Assembly (NCBI GenBank): GCA_002269645.1
Contig: NIVC01001597.1
Location: forward strand, 1-64,000
Reading direction: 5' to 3'
DNA from: Macrostomum lignano
Lineage: Eukaryota
DNA: 64,000 nucleotides
In this document: positions 1 to 12,695 of the stretch, one piece after another
How positions within the stretch are numbered: position 1 is the stretch's first letter
Layout of the letters: every line of letters begins with the position of its first letter
Notes under the pieces: model-generated
What the model was told of the DNA's origin: nothing
The model's database searches: none
What the model saw: only the letters and a program-made list of their open reading frames with translations
Translations under genes and position numbers: made by a program

Positions 1-352
1 GCTATCCTTAGAAATCCCTATTTGGCACCCTTAGAAATCCTATTTGCTATCCTTAGAAATCCCTATTTGGCACTCTTAGAAATCCTATTTGGCACTCCTA
101 GAATCATAGAAATCCCTATTTGCTTCCTTAGAAATCCCTATTTGGCACCCTTAGAAATCCCTATTTGGCACTCCTAGATTCATAGAAATCCCTATTTGCT
201 ATCCTTAGAAATCCCTATTTGCTATCCTTAGAAATCCCTATTTGCTATCCTTAAATCCCTATTTGCTATCCTTAGAAATCCCTATTTGCTATCCTTAGAA
301 ATCCCTATTTGGCACCCTTAGAAATCCCTATTTGGCACTCCTAGATTCATAG
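1..352. repeat. ~23-bp minisatellite (GCTATCCTTAGAAATCCCTATTT and variants), truncated by window start
   Basis: About 14 imperfect tandem copies are directly visible; probably intronic in the PDXDC1 gene. Confidence 0.9.
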
Positions 353-461
353 AAACCTACTTGGCGCCACTTCGAATCTCTGTTTAGGCACCTGTTACTG
401 TTTCAGTGCCAGTGAGTGTTGCTAACCAAATTCCCCAAAACCAACAAAACCCCATCTGCAG

Positions 462-3400
462 TTGCCAGGCAGTTCGCACAACCCCGACTGCATCGATCAT
501 TCCGAATTGCAACGCTTAGTCGAGTCGGACTCTGGCGAAGGTCGAACTCCGCTATTCGTGCAGGCCATGTGCGGCACCGCCTGACCGGCTCCTATGATCG
601 GCTGGGCGCGTGGCCGCCATCTGTCGGCAGCACCGGGTCTGGCTGCACGTTCAGGGCTCGAAGCTGTCCCAGCTGGCGCTAAACTCTGTACCAACTAGTT
701 TGAGACCGTTGCTAGGCGGCAGCTCGGCTGTCTCCTCCTGTCTGATGGAGTTCGACCAGTGGCTGGGCTATCCGGGTCTGGTCAGCGCCACTGTGCTGCG
801 GATTGCTAGGACGGCTCTCTGCTGCACAAGGTGAGGAAAGAGTAGCTACCGCTGAGCTCCCTGACTGATTTGTGAATGATCTGGATAGCAACTGGGTGAG
901 TAGCCGTGACTGATTTGTGAATGATCTGGGTAGCAACTGGGTGAGTAGCCCTGACTGATTTGTGAATGATCTGGGTAGCAACTGAGTGAGTAAGCCTTGG
1001 CTGATTTGTGAATGATCTGGGTAGCAACCGCCTGCATGATTTAAAGAAATTGAGATACCCTAATTATACGTACAATAATTCGTAATTAGAATAACCTAAA
1101 TATTGCAATACAGGTTAGAAATATAGCTAATTTCCTATAGTAGCGCAGATAGGAAGTTAAATATATATTGAGACAACACAAACTAACTTGAATAACTTGC
1201 AGACAACAGATGAAGACGAAGCCTCCGCTACCAAAGCCAATAAGCATAGTGACAAAAGAACCACAGAAGCTGCGACGCCAAGCAACAACGACAAGCCAAA
1301 AGGCGAAGAAGAAGAAGAAGAAGAGCAAACTGAGCAGCAATTCGGGCAGCAGAGGAAGCAGCAGCCGCTGACAGCCCCGGCCGATATTCGCTGCCTATCC
1401 TACCAGCCAATGTCTCTCCTGCCGCTCTGGTTCGTCCTGCAAGCGATCGGCTACGACAATATCCAAGCTCGAGTCCGCAATGTCGAACAGACGGTCAAAG
1501 CCACTTTAACGGCGCTAAAAACAGCGCCAGACATTGAACTGATAGAGCCGCAGTCTCTATCCGACAATGACCGAGCAGATATCAAAGCCAATAGCAATCT
1601 GCTAGGCCAGATGCTGAGCTTTCTGATTGATTTTGAATTCGCGCCAACTGTTCTGCTGTTCCGGTATTGTCCGCCGAGCAGCGCTGCGAACTGGCTATTG
1701 ATAGCGGTGCTAATGAGGATAAGGTGGCTAATAAGGCCATTAGCGCAGCTAAAAGTACAAACCAGGCCAGGGCGCCCTACGCGCGCATCGGCAGTGACCG
1801 GCGAAATAGCGGCGATGCTCATCATGAGCAGGCTAAAGATAAAACTGATGAGGAAGCTGCAGAAGCTGCGGAGAACTCGTCTAAACCTGCCCATGATGAT
1901 TCTGAAGACGCTCAGGAAGAGGTGAAGAAAATTGTGCGAGTATTTTGACCAGGATAATCTCACTAGAGAGACCCAGGTTAATCTCCCCAAGAGATATCCA
2001 GGATAATCTCCCTTAAAGATACCCAGGATAATCTCACTGGAGGTACTCAAGATAATCTCCCCAGAAATACCCGATATAATCTCCTCTAGAAATACCCGAG
2101 ATAATCTCCCCAGAAATACCCGGGATAATCTACCCTAGAAATACCCGGGATAATCTCCTCTAGAAATACCCGAGATAATCTCCCTTCAGAAATGCCCGAG
2201 ATAATTTCTCCTAGAAATACCTGGGATAATCTTCCCTTGATATACCTTTGATAATCTCCCCAGAAATACCCGGATAATCTCCCATAGAAATACTCTGGAT
2301 AATATTCTCTGGAGATACACGGGATAATCACTTCTAAAGTATCTGCTCACTCAAGCTACAATGAGCGCCCAATCAATCAATGGATTCTTTCAGCGCTTGC
2401 AGCAGCAACTGGCCCAACGCCGTCTACTAGGAGAGAATCGCTGGCTAGTGGACAGCCTCCGCTCAGCGCTGCCTCATCTGCAGTCTCTGTCCGTCATCAA
2501 AATTCGCCTACGTAACGGAGATAGTGAATCGAACGCCTCCAGGTACTGCATCCGGTTCTGCCCGATCGAGTCGTGCGCCGACTGGCTGCCAGATCACGTT
2601 GACGGCCTGGCCGAAGCTCTGAGCAGTTCGCTTCGCCTGCTCGACTCTACTAGGCGAGCTCGATCGGAGTTTATAAAACTGGCCGAGGCTAGCGAAGGCC
2701 GATTGATGTACGTTGACATGCCCGACTGGCCTGGCCTTGGCGGCCTGCGCTATCGGCTTAGGCCGGAGGATTTCGGCGATGAAGATGAAGAGGAGAAGCA
2801 GCAGAAGGAGGCTGAGACGGCAACTGGCGGCCCGACTGTTGAGGATGTCGGCGAGGAAAAGGTTGGTTTAATTTTTTTTTAGTTTATTTCTCTCACTATG
2901 CTACTACCAATAGTTGCAGTTTGCTAAATAATATATTGAGCGTTAAAGTGTATCTTAATTTAAATTAAAATTTACTGTCATAATTCTAGGTTCAATCCTT
3001 ACTTCCGGCGACTTGTTCAAGCTGCAACCTTAGCTTACTTCTGGTAGCTAGTTCAAGCTGCAACCCTTAGTTCCGTCACTAGGGCAAGCTACAACCATAC
3101 TTCCGGTTACTAAGGCAGGCTAACCCTACTTCCGGTTGCTAGTTCAAGCTATCTTACGGCCCTTACTTCCGGTCACTATTGCAAGCTACAACCCTTACTT
3201 CTGGTCACTAGGGCAACTTACATCCCTTATTACCGGTCACTAGGGCAAGTTACATCCCTTATTACCGGTCACTAGTGCAAGCTACAACACTTACTTCCGG
3301 TCACTAGTGCAAGCTACAACACTTACTTCCGGTCACTAGGACCAGCTACAACCCTTACTTCCGGTCTGCTTCTAATGACCCCATGCTTCTCTCCTCCCCC

Positions 3401-3901
3401 TGATTCCAGCCATTCGTCGCCGCTGACTCAACGCCAGACGTCATCTCCGCCGAGGAAGAGGACGCCGTGAATCGCGACCTCGCCGCCGCCGTCCGCTCCA
3501 TGGACGCCGGATTTGCCTGGTGCCCAGAGTCTGGCTGCCTGCGCTGCGGCCTTGTCCCGGAGGACGCCGACCTGCCATCCTTAGTTCGCCGCGTTCTCGA
3601 AGCCGGCGCCGCCGCAGCCGACGCCAGACTGTGCGCGCGCCGTCTAGACGCCCTAGTTCGTCGACGAATTGCCGAGGCGGAATCGGCGCTCAGACGGGAG
3701 CAACAGCGTCGCCTAGCTGAGGCCGGCGCCCTTCGCCAGGTGCCGTTCCTTGACTCGGTGGTCAACTGGCTGTCGCCGCTAGCCAAGGATCCGGCCAAGG
3801 ACTCAGGCGGTGCGGCGTTCTCGTTGCAGAGTGGCCGGCTGACATCGACCGAGCTCACCTACAAGTACAAGATGCAAGTGAACGGGGGGCCAAATCTGTG
3901 A
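462..3901 (+). CDS. PDXDC1: Pyridoxal-dependent decarboxylase domain-containing protein 1 (5'-partial; 4 exons visible; apparent 1-bp deletions)
   Basis: Hand-built exons: 462-830, 1203-~1921, ~2340-2861, 3410-3901 (TGA). Motifs match PDXDC1 as I recall it: IDHSELQRLVESDSGEGRTPLFVQAMCGT, ICRQHRVWLHVQGSKL, LLPLWFVLQAIGYDNI, CIRFCPI, LMYVDMPDWPGLGGLRY, GALRQVPFLDSVVNWLSP, FSLQSGRLTSTELTYKYK. Continuity needs frame changes near 580, 609, ~810 and ~1673. The exon 2/3 boundaries are approximate. Confidence 0.88.
861..1030. repeat. 45-bp intronic minisatellite, ~3.7 copies
   Basis: Unit CTGACTGATTTGTGAATGATCTGGGTAGCAACTGGGTGAGTAGCC starts at 861, 906, 951 and ~997. Confidence 0.9.
1948..2330. repeat. 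~24-bp intronic minisatellite
   Basis: Unit GGGATAATCTCCCCAGAAATACCC, ~15 degenerate copies. Confidence 0.88.
2998..3366. repeat. ~32-bp intronic minisatellite with ACTTCCGG core
   Basis: Unit ACTTCCGGTCACTAGGGCAAGCTACAACCCTT, ~11 copies. Confidence 0.88.
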
Positions 3902-4184
3902 CTGATTTCACTTTTGTATCGATGAGATTTTTTCCTTTGTTTTCCTTTCATTTTACTATTAACTATTCCTCCTAATATAAGTAAAAAAGTTGCTTTGAAA
4001 TGACTTTTACTTTTGCACTATATGATATTAGTAGCTAGCTATAGTACCTATATTACTAGGTAGGTTCCGGTTCAGTGTTAACGGTTAGCTTATAGCTTAT
4101 GGTATTTCCGGTCCGTTCAGTTTACTTTAGATTGAAAATTAATTTTTTGACGTACCCATCTATAGCTTGATTTTTAACTTCCGG

Positions 4185-4702
4185 TTCATAAGTTTATGTT
4201 ATAGTTTAACTTCCGGTCCATAGGTTTTAGGCTGTAATATATGAATAACTTCCGGTCCATATGTTCAGGTTGTAATATAACTTCCGGTCCATAGGTTCAG
4301 GCTGTAATATAACTTCCGGTCCATATGTTCAGGCTGTAATATAACTTCCGGTCCATAGGTTCAGGCTGTAATATAACTTCCGGTTCATAGGTTCAGGCTG
4401 TAATATAACTTCCGGTTCATAGGTTCAGGCTGTAATATAACTTCTGGTTCATAGGTTCAGGCTGTAATATAACTTCCGGTCCATAGGTTCAGGCTGTAAT
4501 ATAACTTCCGGTTCATAGGTTCAGGTTGTAATATAACTTCCGGTTCATAGGTTCAGGCTGTAATATAACTTCCGGTCCATAGGTTCAGGCCGTAATATAA
4601 CTTCCGGTCCATAGGTTCAGGCTGTAATATAACTTCTGGTTCATAGGTTCAGGCTGTAATATAACTTCCGGTCCATAGGTTCAGGCTGTAATATAACTTC
4701 CT
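4185..4702. repeat. 32-bp minisatellite downstream of PDXDC1, related to the 3.0-3.4 kb array
   Basis: Unit AACTTCCGGTCCATAGGTTCAGGCTGTAATAT; ~14 near-perfect copies plus a degenerate lead-in. Confidence 0.92.
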
Positions 4703-6018
4703 GTCTAATTCCTGTAAAATTAACTTTTTTAAAAGCAACTGTAGCATGTCGCCAGTAATTTAGAATTTTAGATATCTACCTGGACATGTTTATTCGTAAT
4801 AAGTAGTTCGATTGTATCAATTTTTTAACCATATTTCCTATTTGATGTCTTATATATTCTGCCAGATGTGTCTTAAAATTCCTAACTTCATTTTTTTTAT
4901 TCAGTAAAATTTGTTACATGTATTCCTAACCGCTTTGTCCACGCAATATGATATTTAAAATCATTGATGCTTTTTTGCTACATGCTGTATCTTTCTGTGT
5001 TAGCTGGGTTCTGTGTCTTGGTTAGCTTGTGTTTCTTTACTAAGCTGATCAATAATAACCAGTGTATGGTTGGCCTCAGTTGCACTTTTATTATTGTTTT
5101 GTACTGGATTTTTCTGGTCACAATCCCATAGGTTTGACTGCGAATGCTTAAAACAGCTGTAAGTAAGGATTTGAATCCTGAAATTCCAGATAACAATTTG
5201 TTTTAGTGCGCGTACGATTGTAGTAATTGGGTTTTCCGGCTTTTTTCTGTATCCACTATCCAGATACTAAGAGAATACGCGTATGTTCTTATTTAACAGA
5301 ATTCAATTTTCCTTGTTTATGCCTATTTAATTTGCCTGTGATCTCACAATTCCTTTGCTTTATGGTAATAGAAAATATACAGAACGTGTGTGAGTTTTTA
5401 GTAGCTTGTTAAATTACGTAAGAACACAGGTACGTTAATCGTTTATATTAATTCTGAGTTCCTACTGTTAGTAGGAAGCAAAAACGGTACGGGATTTTAA
5501 GTCAACCAAGACAGTAAACATGACCAAACAAAAGAGAAAGCTGTCGCAAGCAAAGGAGCGCATGTGGAAGAATTGAACGACAATAAACTGGATTGCACCG
5601 CGCTTAGCGAGAAAATCGATAAACTAACATCTTCACCCTCCCCAGGCCACGCACACAGGCGAAGTGGTGGAATTAAAATGTTAAAGTCATTACAGTCAGC
5701 GGAGCCGGGGGTTGAGGTTGGGTTGGGGTTAGCCAGAAAGTCCCTCAATAGCATTCATTCCAATCCAGACCAAGCGCTCGGGCTGGGAGAAGTGTAACGA
5801 TAATTAAGTCATCAACTTGGGGAGTGGGTTAGCCAAACAATTAGTCAAAGCGGGTTAATTTAATTGGCGCACAGCTAGGGCAAGGAAATCAGTTTATTTA
5901 TAACGTTGCTATAAAATCAGCGTGGGTCAACGATGGATAAATTGATAATGTGAAGAATTGAAGTGGTCGGGGGTTATACGAACCAGCAATTAAATCGATA
6001 AATCGATAATAGACGAAG

Positions 6019-7669
6019 CAGGGACAACTTAAACTACCGGGACGCAAAACAAGCCAAATCATGGTGAAAAAAGTTGGGGGCTCGTTTGAAAGCAGTGTTC
6101 TATGGCCGTTCCAACTACAACTCTTCAGTCTAAAGAGGTGTGAGGGCAAACAAATAGCCCTCAACTCTTGTGCGACTGTGAAAAATGTCGAGAAAGTGCA
6201 GCGTCTTTAACTGTAGATCAAACTATAACTCAGAAGAAAGCCGAACAACGATATTTGCTCTTCCTTGAGATGCACGAGAACGGGAGCGTTGGAGACAGAC
6301 CCTACCAAATATTTTTGAGGTAAGAAGGATATTAATTCTAAGCCATCGTACGCTGGTATGCGTGGATGAATTTATTACACAAACTAATTGTTAAAAATAA
6401 CCACTGCGATAAAATTTACCATTCTAGACAGTGACTGAACACATGGACATATGCCAAAAGCATTTGCCAAGTGACACCCCATGTTGAAGAATGGTCGATA
6501 TGAAAGACCGAAAGATCTGACTTCTGTCTTCTCTGGCTTTCCATCTTCGTGCTTGATACAGACGGAAAGACAGACAGTTTTTATTGCCCCAAACTTCTCT
6601 GTTCGCGCATTCATTATGCATACGCCAGTTTTGATTCGAGACTTGCAATAATTGGCAAACTGAATCCAATGGAACCTTAACTATTCAACCGCCAGGTGCA
6701 GACAGTAAATATATCGGCCAAATGGGTGGACGTGATCCGACTGTACAAATCAGAAGAATATCACGTTGTCAAACGAACGGAATTAGCCCATGAAGCTTGC
6801 TATCCTTCAGTTCAAGCATACACAAAAACGAAGGTAACACTCGCTCTCCAAGTCTTCAATGAAAAGGTTGTTGCAGCACTGAAGTGCGACGGTTCCATAG
6901 ACACGGCAGCAGTATAAGTCGTCGGCTTACGAATGTTTATTTTAAAGGCCTGGTAAAGCGCTCATCCAAGGTTGCACCTGCGCCGACTACATCGCACGAC
7001 AGAAAGCTACGCAAACTGGGAGGCCAATGAATTTGCGGTATAGTTTTTAGTATTCTGTCTTTGGAGTTTCAAATTTTTCAATCCGAAATCTTTCATATCT
7101 AGCTGCTCCTTATCTGGGTTCCTCCTAAAATTCGTTCTGTTTAGTCCTGATTTTCTGTGTTCTATTCTACGAGTACGAGTTGCCTTGTACTTTTGTACAC
7201 ACATCATTTCATGCTTTTAAACTTTTTTCTCTTGTGCTTATCTCACATGCTTAAATATACGTACTTTTCGCTTAGTACCCCAGTTTTTCCTATACAGTAT
7301 ACAGGTCCCCGTATAAGTTCCTCCTCAAATAAGCTATTCAGTTCCGTTCCACATATATACACCATCCTAAGTTTAAATATTTTCTTCGTGAATATCTCGC
7401 GTGTCTAATTGTATGTCACTGTGCTCTGTACGGCCATTTTTTAGTACTCAAAAAAAAACAAAAAAACATATTTAAAACTGAATAAAAAAACTTTTAGACA
7501 ACTTCTGAACCTTTTAAAGCAAAAATAATACTGTGGCCTTAGTCTTTTCAGCAGCTAAGCTAAGCATTTAATGCATGAAAAATCGGGCGCCCATAGACTC
7601 AAACGCGCCCCCAACTTTTTTCGCCATGATTTGGCTTGTTTCGCGTCCCGGTAGTTTAAGTTGTCCCTG
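6019..7669 (+). mobile_element. P-superfamily DNA transposon, internally deleted and non-autonomous (1651 bp)
   Basis: 71-bp TIRs at 6019-6089 and 7599-7669 (CAGGGACAACTTAAACTACCGGGACGC..., 3 mismatches). Exact 8-bp TSD AGACGAAG at 6011-6018 and 7670-7677. Contains THAP and P-type transposase remnants. Confidence 0.92.
6185..6917 (+). pseudogene. Degenerate THAP-domain P-element transposase
   Basis: MSRKCSVFNCRSNYNSEESRTTIFALP*DARERERWRQTLPNIFE (TGA at 6266), GT-AG intron 6320-6427, then TVTEHMDICQKHLP completing the C2CH THAP motif. A frameshift follows, then VIRLYKSEEYHVVKRTELAHEACYPSVQAYTKTKVTLALQVFNEKVVAALK, typical of P/THAP9 transposases. Most of the catalytic core is missing. Confidence 0.85.
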
Positions 7670-9964
7670 AGACGAAGAATATCTGTTCGGTAACGAAATA
7701 ACTTTTCTGCAGACTGGCATTAGAGTCGCAGCATGTGCAGCTTAAAGTTAAATGACCAGGCGCAACCGGATTATCCCAGGGCGTCAGGGGTGGCCGGTCG
7801 GGGCCGGGGGTATATTAAATATTTCAATTTGCATCAAGTCTACGAACATCTCGTACTCGTAGCGTTTTTGGTTTATCTCTAATTTACACATTAGAATTTC
7901 TGAATGTTTGAAGTACATGCGGTTATAGTTACATCGGTGACTACTGACTACTACTGTAAAATATATGTAGTTCATATACATATATATGTACGTCTTTAGA
8001 AGAGTGACAGTGACATACTATTGCAATTATAGTATTACAAAGAAGTTTGCATTTAATGCATATGCATACATGTCTACAAGGGTATGGTTATATTCGTCCG
8101 GTAGTTCTATTCGTCTACTGTAAAGAGTTTAGAAGTAAAATAGTAAATAGTAAAATAATTGCGCACTGAAGAGCAACTTTTTAAATACTAAATCGTGTCA
8201 AAAAACTAATTATTTAATATTTTGAAATTTAAAGTATTCTGCTAAAATATAATGGGAAATACCTATATAAATATTTTCACCGGTTTCACCTCCACGAGAT
8301 GAACCATGCAGAGGCCTCTTACAAAAATACCCTGCTCAAATCCCACACTGTCGGGCCTAGGCTGTCGGGTCGACCATGCGGGACCGCGTGTCAAATGTAT
8401 CCCATCTGTCTGGGCCTGGGATGTTCCTGGCAGGCTGGTCCCCTCCCTTCCCAGCACAATTGCCGGTCAAGATCAAGACACCATAGCAGACGGACGCTCA
8501 AGTTCCTCTGGTACAGTCTAAATTAAATTTTTTAAACCTTACCCAGACAAAAGCAAACAAGCAAAGAACATGCTTCAAATCCAATGAATTTTGGCCACGG
8601 TTATTTTTTATTTCCATCTATCAAGCGCCTGCTATGTCCTAGCTAAATTGCCAATTCTGATCTAAGGGACACATTGCTTTCTGAATTTGTATCGTCTAAA
8701 AAACAGACCAAAATTACTTCCAGCCCGAAGGGACGGGGTGCATGCCGCAAGTACGTAAAAAGACGAGATTAAGCATGCGCCAGGACCATCCAGAATATTT
8801 TCTGCTTGAGTAAACAGCTGTTGAGTACGAACGCACAATATGTACATGTAACTTCGTTCTTAAATGGATAGCATTTTTTTTTACAAATTAGTTTGCACGC
8901 GGAATGTATCTACGAGCGTATAATGGTCCCCAGGCCATAAATATTCACACACGCAAAGCCACACGTAGGACATGGAGCTTCGCCCTAAGGAATTCACGAA
9001 GAGAAAAATTAACTTTTTTATCTGTTGTGACCTTCAAGCAGACAGTTGCTAGCACTCTTCAATGCACAACCACTTTAGCTCATCTTACTCAGGGGACCCA
9101 GCTGCAGTTAATGTACGGAATTATACTCTTATACGGACCCATCCATGCAGAGCCGGCCTAATCTCAACCTATGCAGAACACGACCCATCTACTCAGCCAG
9201 CTTGCGGGCACGTGTCTAGCTAGCCTTGCTGAGCCTGGGTTGTAGGTAGGCCATGAAACCATTCTATTCATGAATGCGTATGCCTTCTCATTTCATTTAG
9301 CCGCTTTTCATTTTACTACAAACCAAATAGAAAATGACGAGCTAACTTACTACAAGAGCACAATGGACGACCATTGTGCTGAGGGCGAGCATGGTAGGGT
9401 TCAGATTTGATAAGACTTTTTCTTTAGTCTCCTAGCGTAGAATTGTCAGAGCTAGACTTCGCCCAACTCGCAAGTTGATGGCGTGACTCATCCCAAGCAA
9501 ACGAGCCCCAAACCCCTTACCGCGGCGAATTTTTCTGGCAGTGTAATGGCTTGTTGTTAGGGTAAAGTTGGGTCATTGCATGCAGTCCGACTGGCTCTAA
9601 GCATGGATCTTCGTGGCTAATTGCCTTGCCTATACGCCTCCCACACTCCAACACTTTGCTTAAGTAGTTTTTTCTCTTTATAATTTGTTTGGTCTCTTTT
9701 AAACTGGCTGCGCCCATCTTGTGAAATGGCTACAGTACCGTGCTGCAGTGTGGGTATAGGTAGGTATAGGTAGACCAGATTGCACCTTCCCAAGTTCATA
9801 GCTATAGATTGCTTCTAAACTTTCAATCCACCTCATCTCTTTGGTTTGCAAATCTTGTATATACTTTTAAACGTAACAGCTTAATATAGCAGTTTTCATT
9901 TTACCCAAAAATTCAAGCATTCATTTTAATACACTGAATCATATTCAGCCAATACTTCTACTTT

Positions 9965-10172
9965 AGTCTATGGTCAAACACCGTCTCTATAGTCTATGGT
10001 CAAACACCGTCTCTATAGTCTATGGTCAAACACCGTCTCTATAGTCTATGGTCAAACACCGTCTCTATAGTCTATGGTCAAACACCGTCTCTATAGTCTA
10101 TGGTCAAACACCGTCTCTATAGTCTATGGTCAAACACCGTCTCTATTGTCTATGGTCAAACACCGTCTCTAT
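9965..10172. repeat. 26-bp minisatellite, 8 copies
   Basis: Unit AGTCTATGGTCAAACACCGTCTCTAT; 208 bp = 8 x 26. Confidence 0.95.
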
Positions 10173-12469
10173 AGTCTGTGGCACAGGCGCAGGCAGAGAA
10201 CTGAATTTAAGGCAGCAGTTAAATTCAGACAAGTAATATTTGCCTGAAGTCATTGCCTGAGTTAGCAGTGGCTGAACTAATCTATGACCTGAATTCTGTC
10301 AAGTGATGCATCGTGCAAGCGCTGCTGTTGTGCTGAACTACTGCTAGCTGCTAAGCTTCGTGAAATCGGCTGCACCAGACGAAATCATTCTACAGGATTG
10401 GTGTTCCCTTGGTACTACAGAGAGGATGTCATCACGGTTTCCAAGAGTGCAGCCTGGTTTGCTCACACACTGCGCTTCCTGTCCTGCTGTTTTGCCCGCG
10501 AAAACATCTGATTTGAGCACTCGCACGTGGTCTGACAGTTTAGTCACAGATAAGACTTGTTTGATATGGGCATCGCAAAATGCTAATTGACTTTAATCGC
10601 TTGATCACTTTCTGCACAAATTTTTGTTTAAAATTTAAAATCTGAATTCAACTGCTCCAGGTTTTGGCCATAGACAATTATGGGTAAAATATGATTGGCC
10701 TTGCTGAGACTTGTTTGACGCTACACTGTACGTTAATCTGCTAAATGGATGGACTACGCCACTGGACGGATATTTCGATTAACTTGTACAGCATTCGACT
10801 TGCATTCTTAATCCATACTTTTATACTTAATACTACTATAAGTATAGAATAATAGTTTAATAGTTTATAGAATAATAAAAGCTCACAGGGCAGAGCGCAA
10901 TGCGAAGGCGACGTGCAAGATGCGAAACGCCAAATCAGTGGCGCAACCAGGGGGGGGGGCGGCCACCGGGCACAATAAGACACTTTCATGAGCATGATGC
11001 GTGCGTGTGGTGGCGCGAGGAGAGGTAAAGAAAAGCTGGGTGGGTATGCGGCTTCAGAACAGAACTTAAAAAAATATTTACAACTTACTCATACTGCTTC
11101 TATCTGAACAACAGCACAATAAAAATGGCTATGAGAAGTTCACAATTTGATGAGACCACCTGGCCGAAGAAGATTCACTAAACTGGATTGCATTTGAATC
11201 TATTAGGCATTGCATCGAGCGCCAGCAAACGTCTCGTTTGAAATTGAAAAGCCATAGCTAGCTTTAGCTATCTCCATCCCATTTTGAAAGCATGCATTTT
11301 CTATAGCCCAACGCAACCGACCCGAAAGCTTATATTAATACGAGCTAATGTGGTGTCGGAAATTTCTGGAAATAAAATCCTTTTTGAAGCTATAACAACA
11401 AAAGTAGTGATGACGTAGGTCTCTCGAATTCATTTTCGATTTTTTTAAATAACCTTTTTAAAAAGGCTTTCCATGTTTTGTCCAAGTCTTACTAAATCTG
11501 TTTTGGATACAGATTAATGTGTCCCTCAGCCACCTTCTTTTCCCACAATCTGTCTATAAGTAAGCGCTTTGCTTGAACAATCATTCACAGCGAGCGTGGT
11601 TTTCTTTTCTTATACTAATAGCTATTTTTGCCCCTCCGCAACTGGACGTGACGTATGACATAGAGAACACAGAGATATGCAGTGTGACCTGTACAACACC
11701 GACAGACAGAAAAACCAGTTTTCTGGCATGGCATAGCTACCGACTCTTTGCTAACCCATAGCACAGAAGAATTAAGTTGTGTGTGGTGCGGGTCAATTGC
11801 CCGACGAGTTTGAGATGGGTGAGACTCCTGCTGGCTGTTGGTCTTTCTCCCAGCGGTGGCAGTCTTTGAGTAGCCACCTCCTGCTCTACGCCCCGACTAA
11901 CGCCTAACAGCGATCTCCTGGGCGCAGTGCAAACAAACTTGAGGCTGTCTTTTGTAGGCTGAAAGCGCTCTCAACCATTCTGTCTACTCTGCCTCCCACC
12001 CCCGGCTTTAAATCTCTCAATGAAGTCTGAGACATGCAACTGAAAGCAAGGGTTAAAATGGAAGTTTTACGAGCTAGATGCTTGAGATTTACGCGCAGTC
12101 TCTTGAGACCGGGGCGCGGAGGAGAGGGGAGGGCGCTCCACCCACACAAGCCAGCAGTATAAAAGGCGACCTGTTGCTAATTTGGGAAACTCCGATTAAA
12201 GAAGGTCATTTTGCGAGAATAAATATTGTTGAAAATATTGATGAGCTGAGTAAGCAAGCATGCGTCATGGTAGTTCGCTGTTTTCATTCAAACTACAATC
12301 CCAGAGCCACACAAACCACTCATCACTGGTTAGTTTGAAGTTACTCTCCAAAGCAGTTGATTTCAACAGCTGAAGGACCACTTAGCTTCGAAATGCTCGG
12401 ATTCACAAAAGGGGCATAGCGGGGCACCAGTCGCAGAAGCGCCACTTTGAGGGCGTCTGGAGGGTCGCT

Positions 12470-12695
12470 TTCACAAGACCGAAATTTCATAACGCCGAAA
12501 AATACTGCACGACACTTCACAAGACCGAAACTTCACAAGACCGAAACTTCACAAGACCGAAATTTCACAACGCCGAAAATTCTGCATGGTCCTTGTTATA
12601 TTAAGTTTTTAACTTTGTGGAGTTTCGGTCTTATGAGTTTCGGTATTGTAAAGTTTAGTGCTTCGACGTTGTGAAATTGCCGTCTTATGAGTGTT
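12470..12695. mobile_element. Small foldback/MITE-like element with internal 16-bp repeats
   Basis: Left arm TTTCACAAGACCGAAATTTCATAACGCCGAA with CTTCACAAGACCGAAA repeats. The right arm TTCGACGTTGTGAAATTGCCGTCTTATGAG is its imperfect reverse complement. No TSD identified. Confidence 0.55.

Noticed and set aside
1674-1925. C-terminal part of ORF 1188-1925 (NWLLIAVLMRIRWL..., apparently hydrophobic/basic)
   Set aside because: It is the shifted reading of an acidic GAT/GAG/GAA-rich frame (ORF 1667-1948), not a membrane segment.
10750-10960. hAT-like TIR fragments (CTACGCCACTG ending ~10763; CAGTGGCGCAACCAGGGG at ~10935)
   Set aside because: They face outward, and no partner ends or TSDs were found.
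8230-12340. Assorted 60-90 aa ORFs
   Set aside because: No recognisable motifs, no coherent exon chain; consistent with chance ORFs in intergenic or decayed TE DNA.
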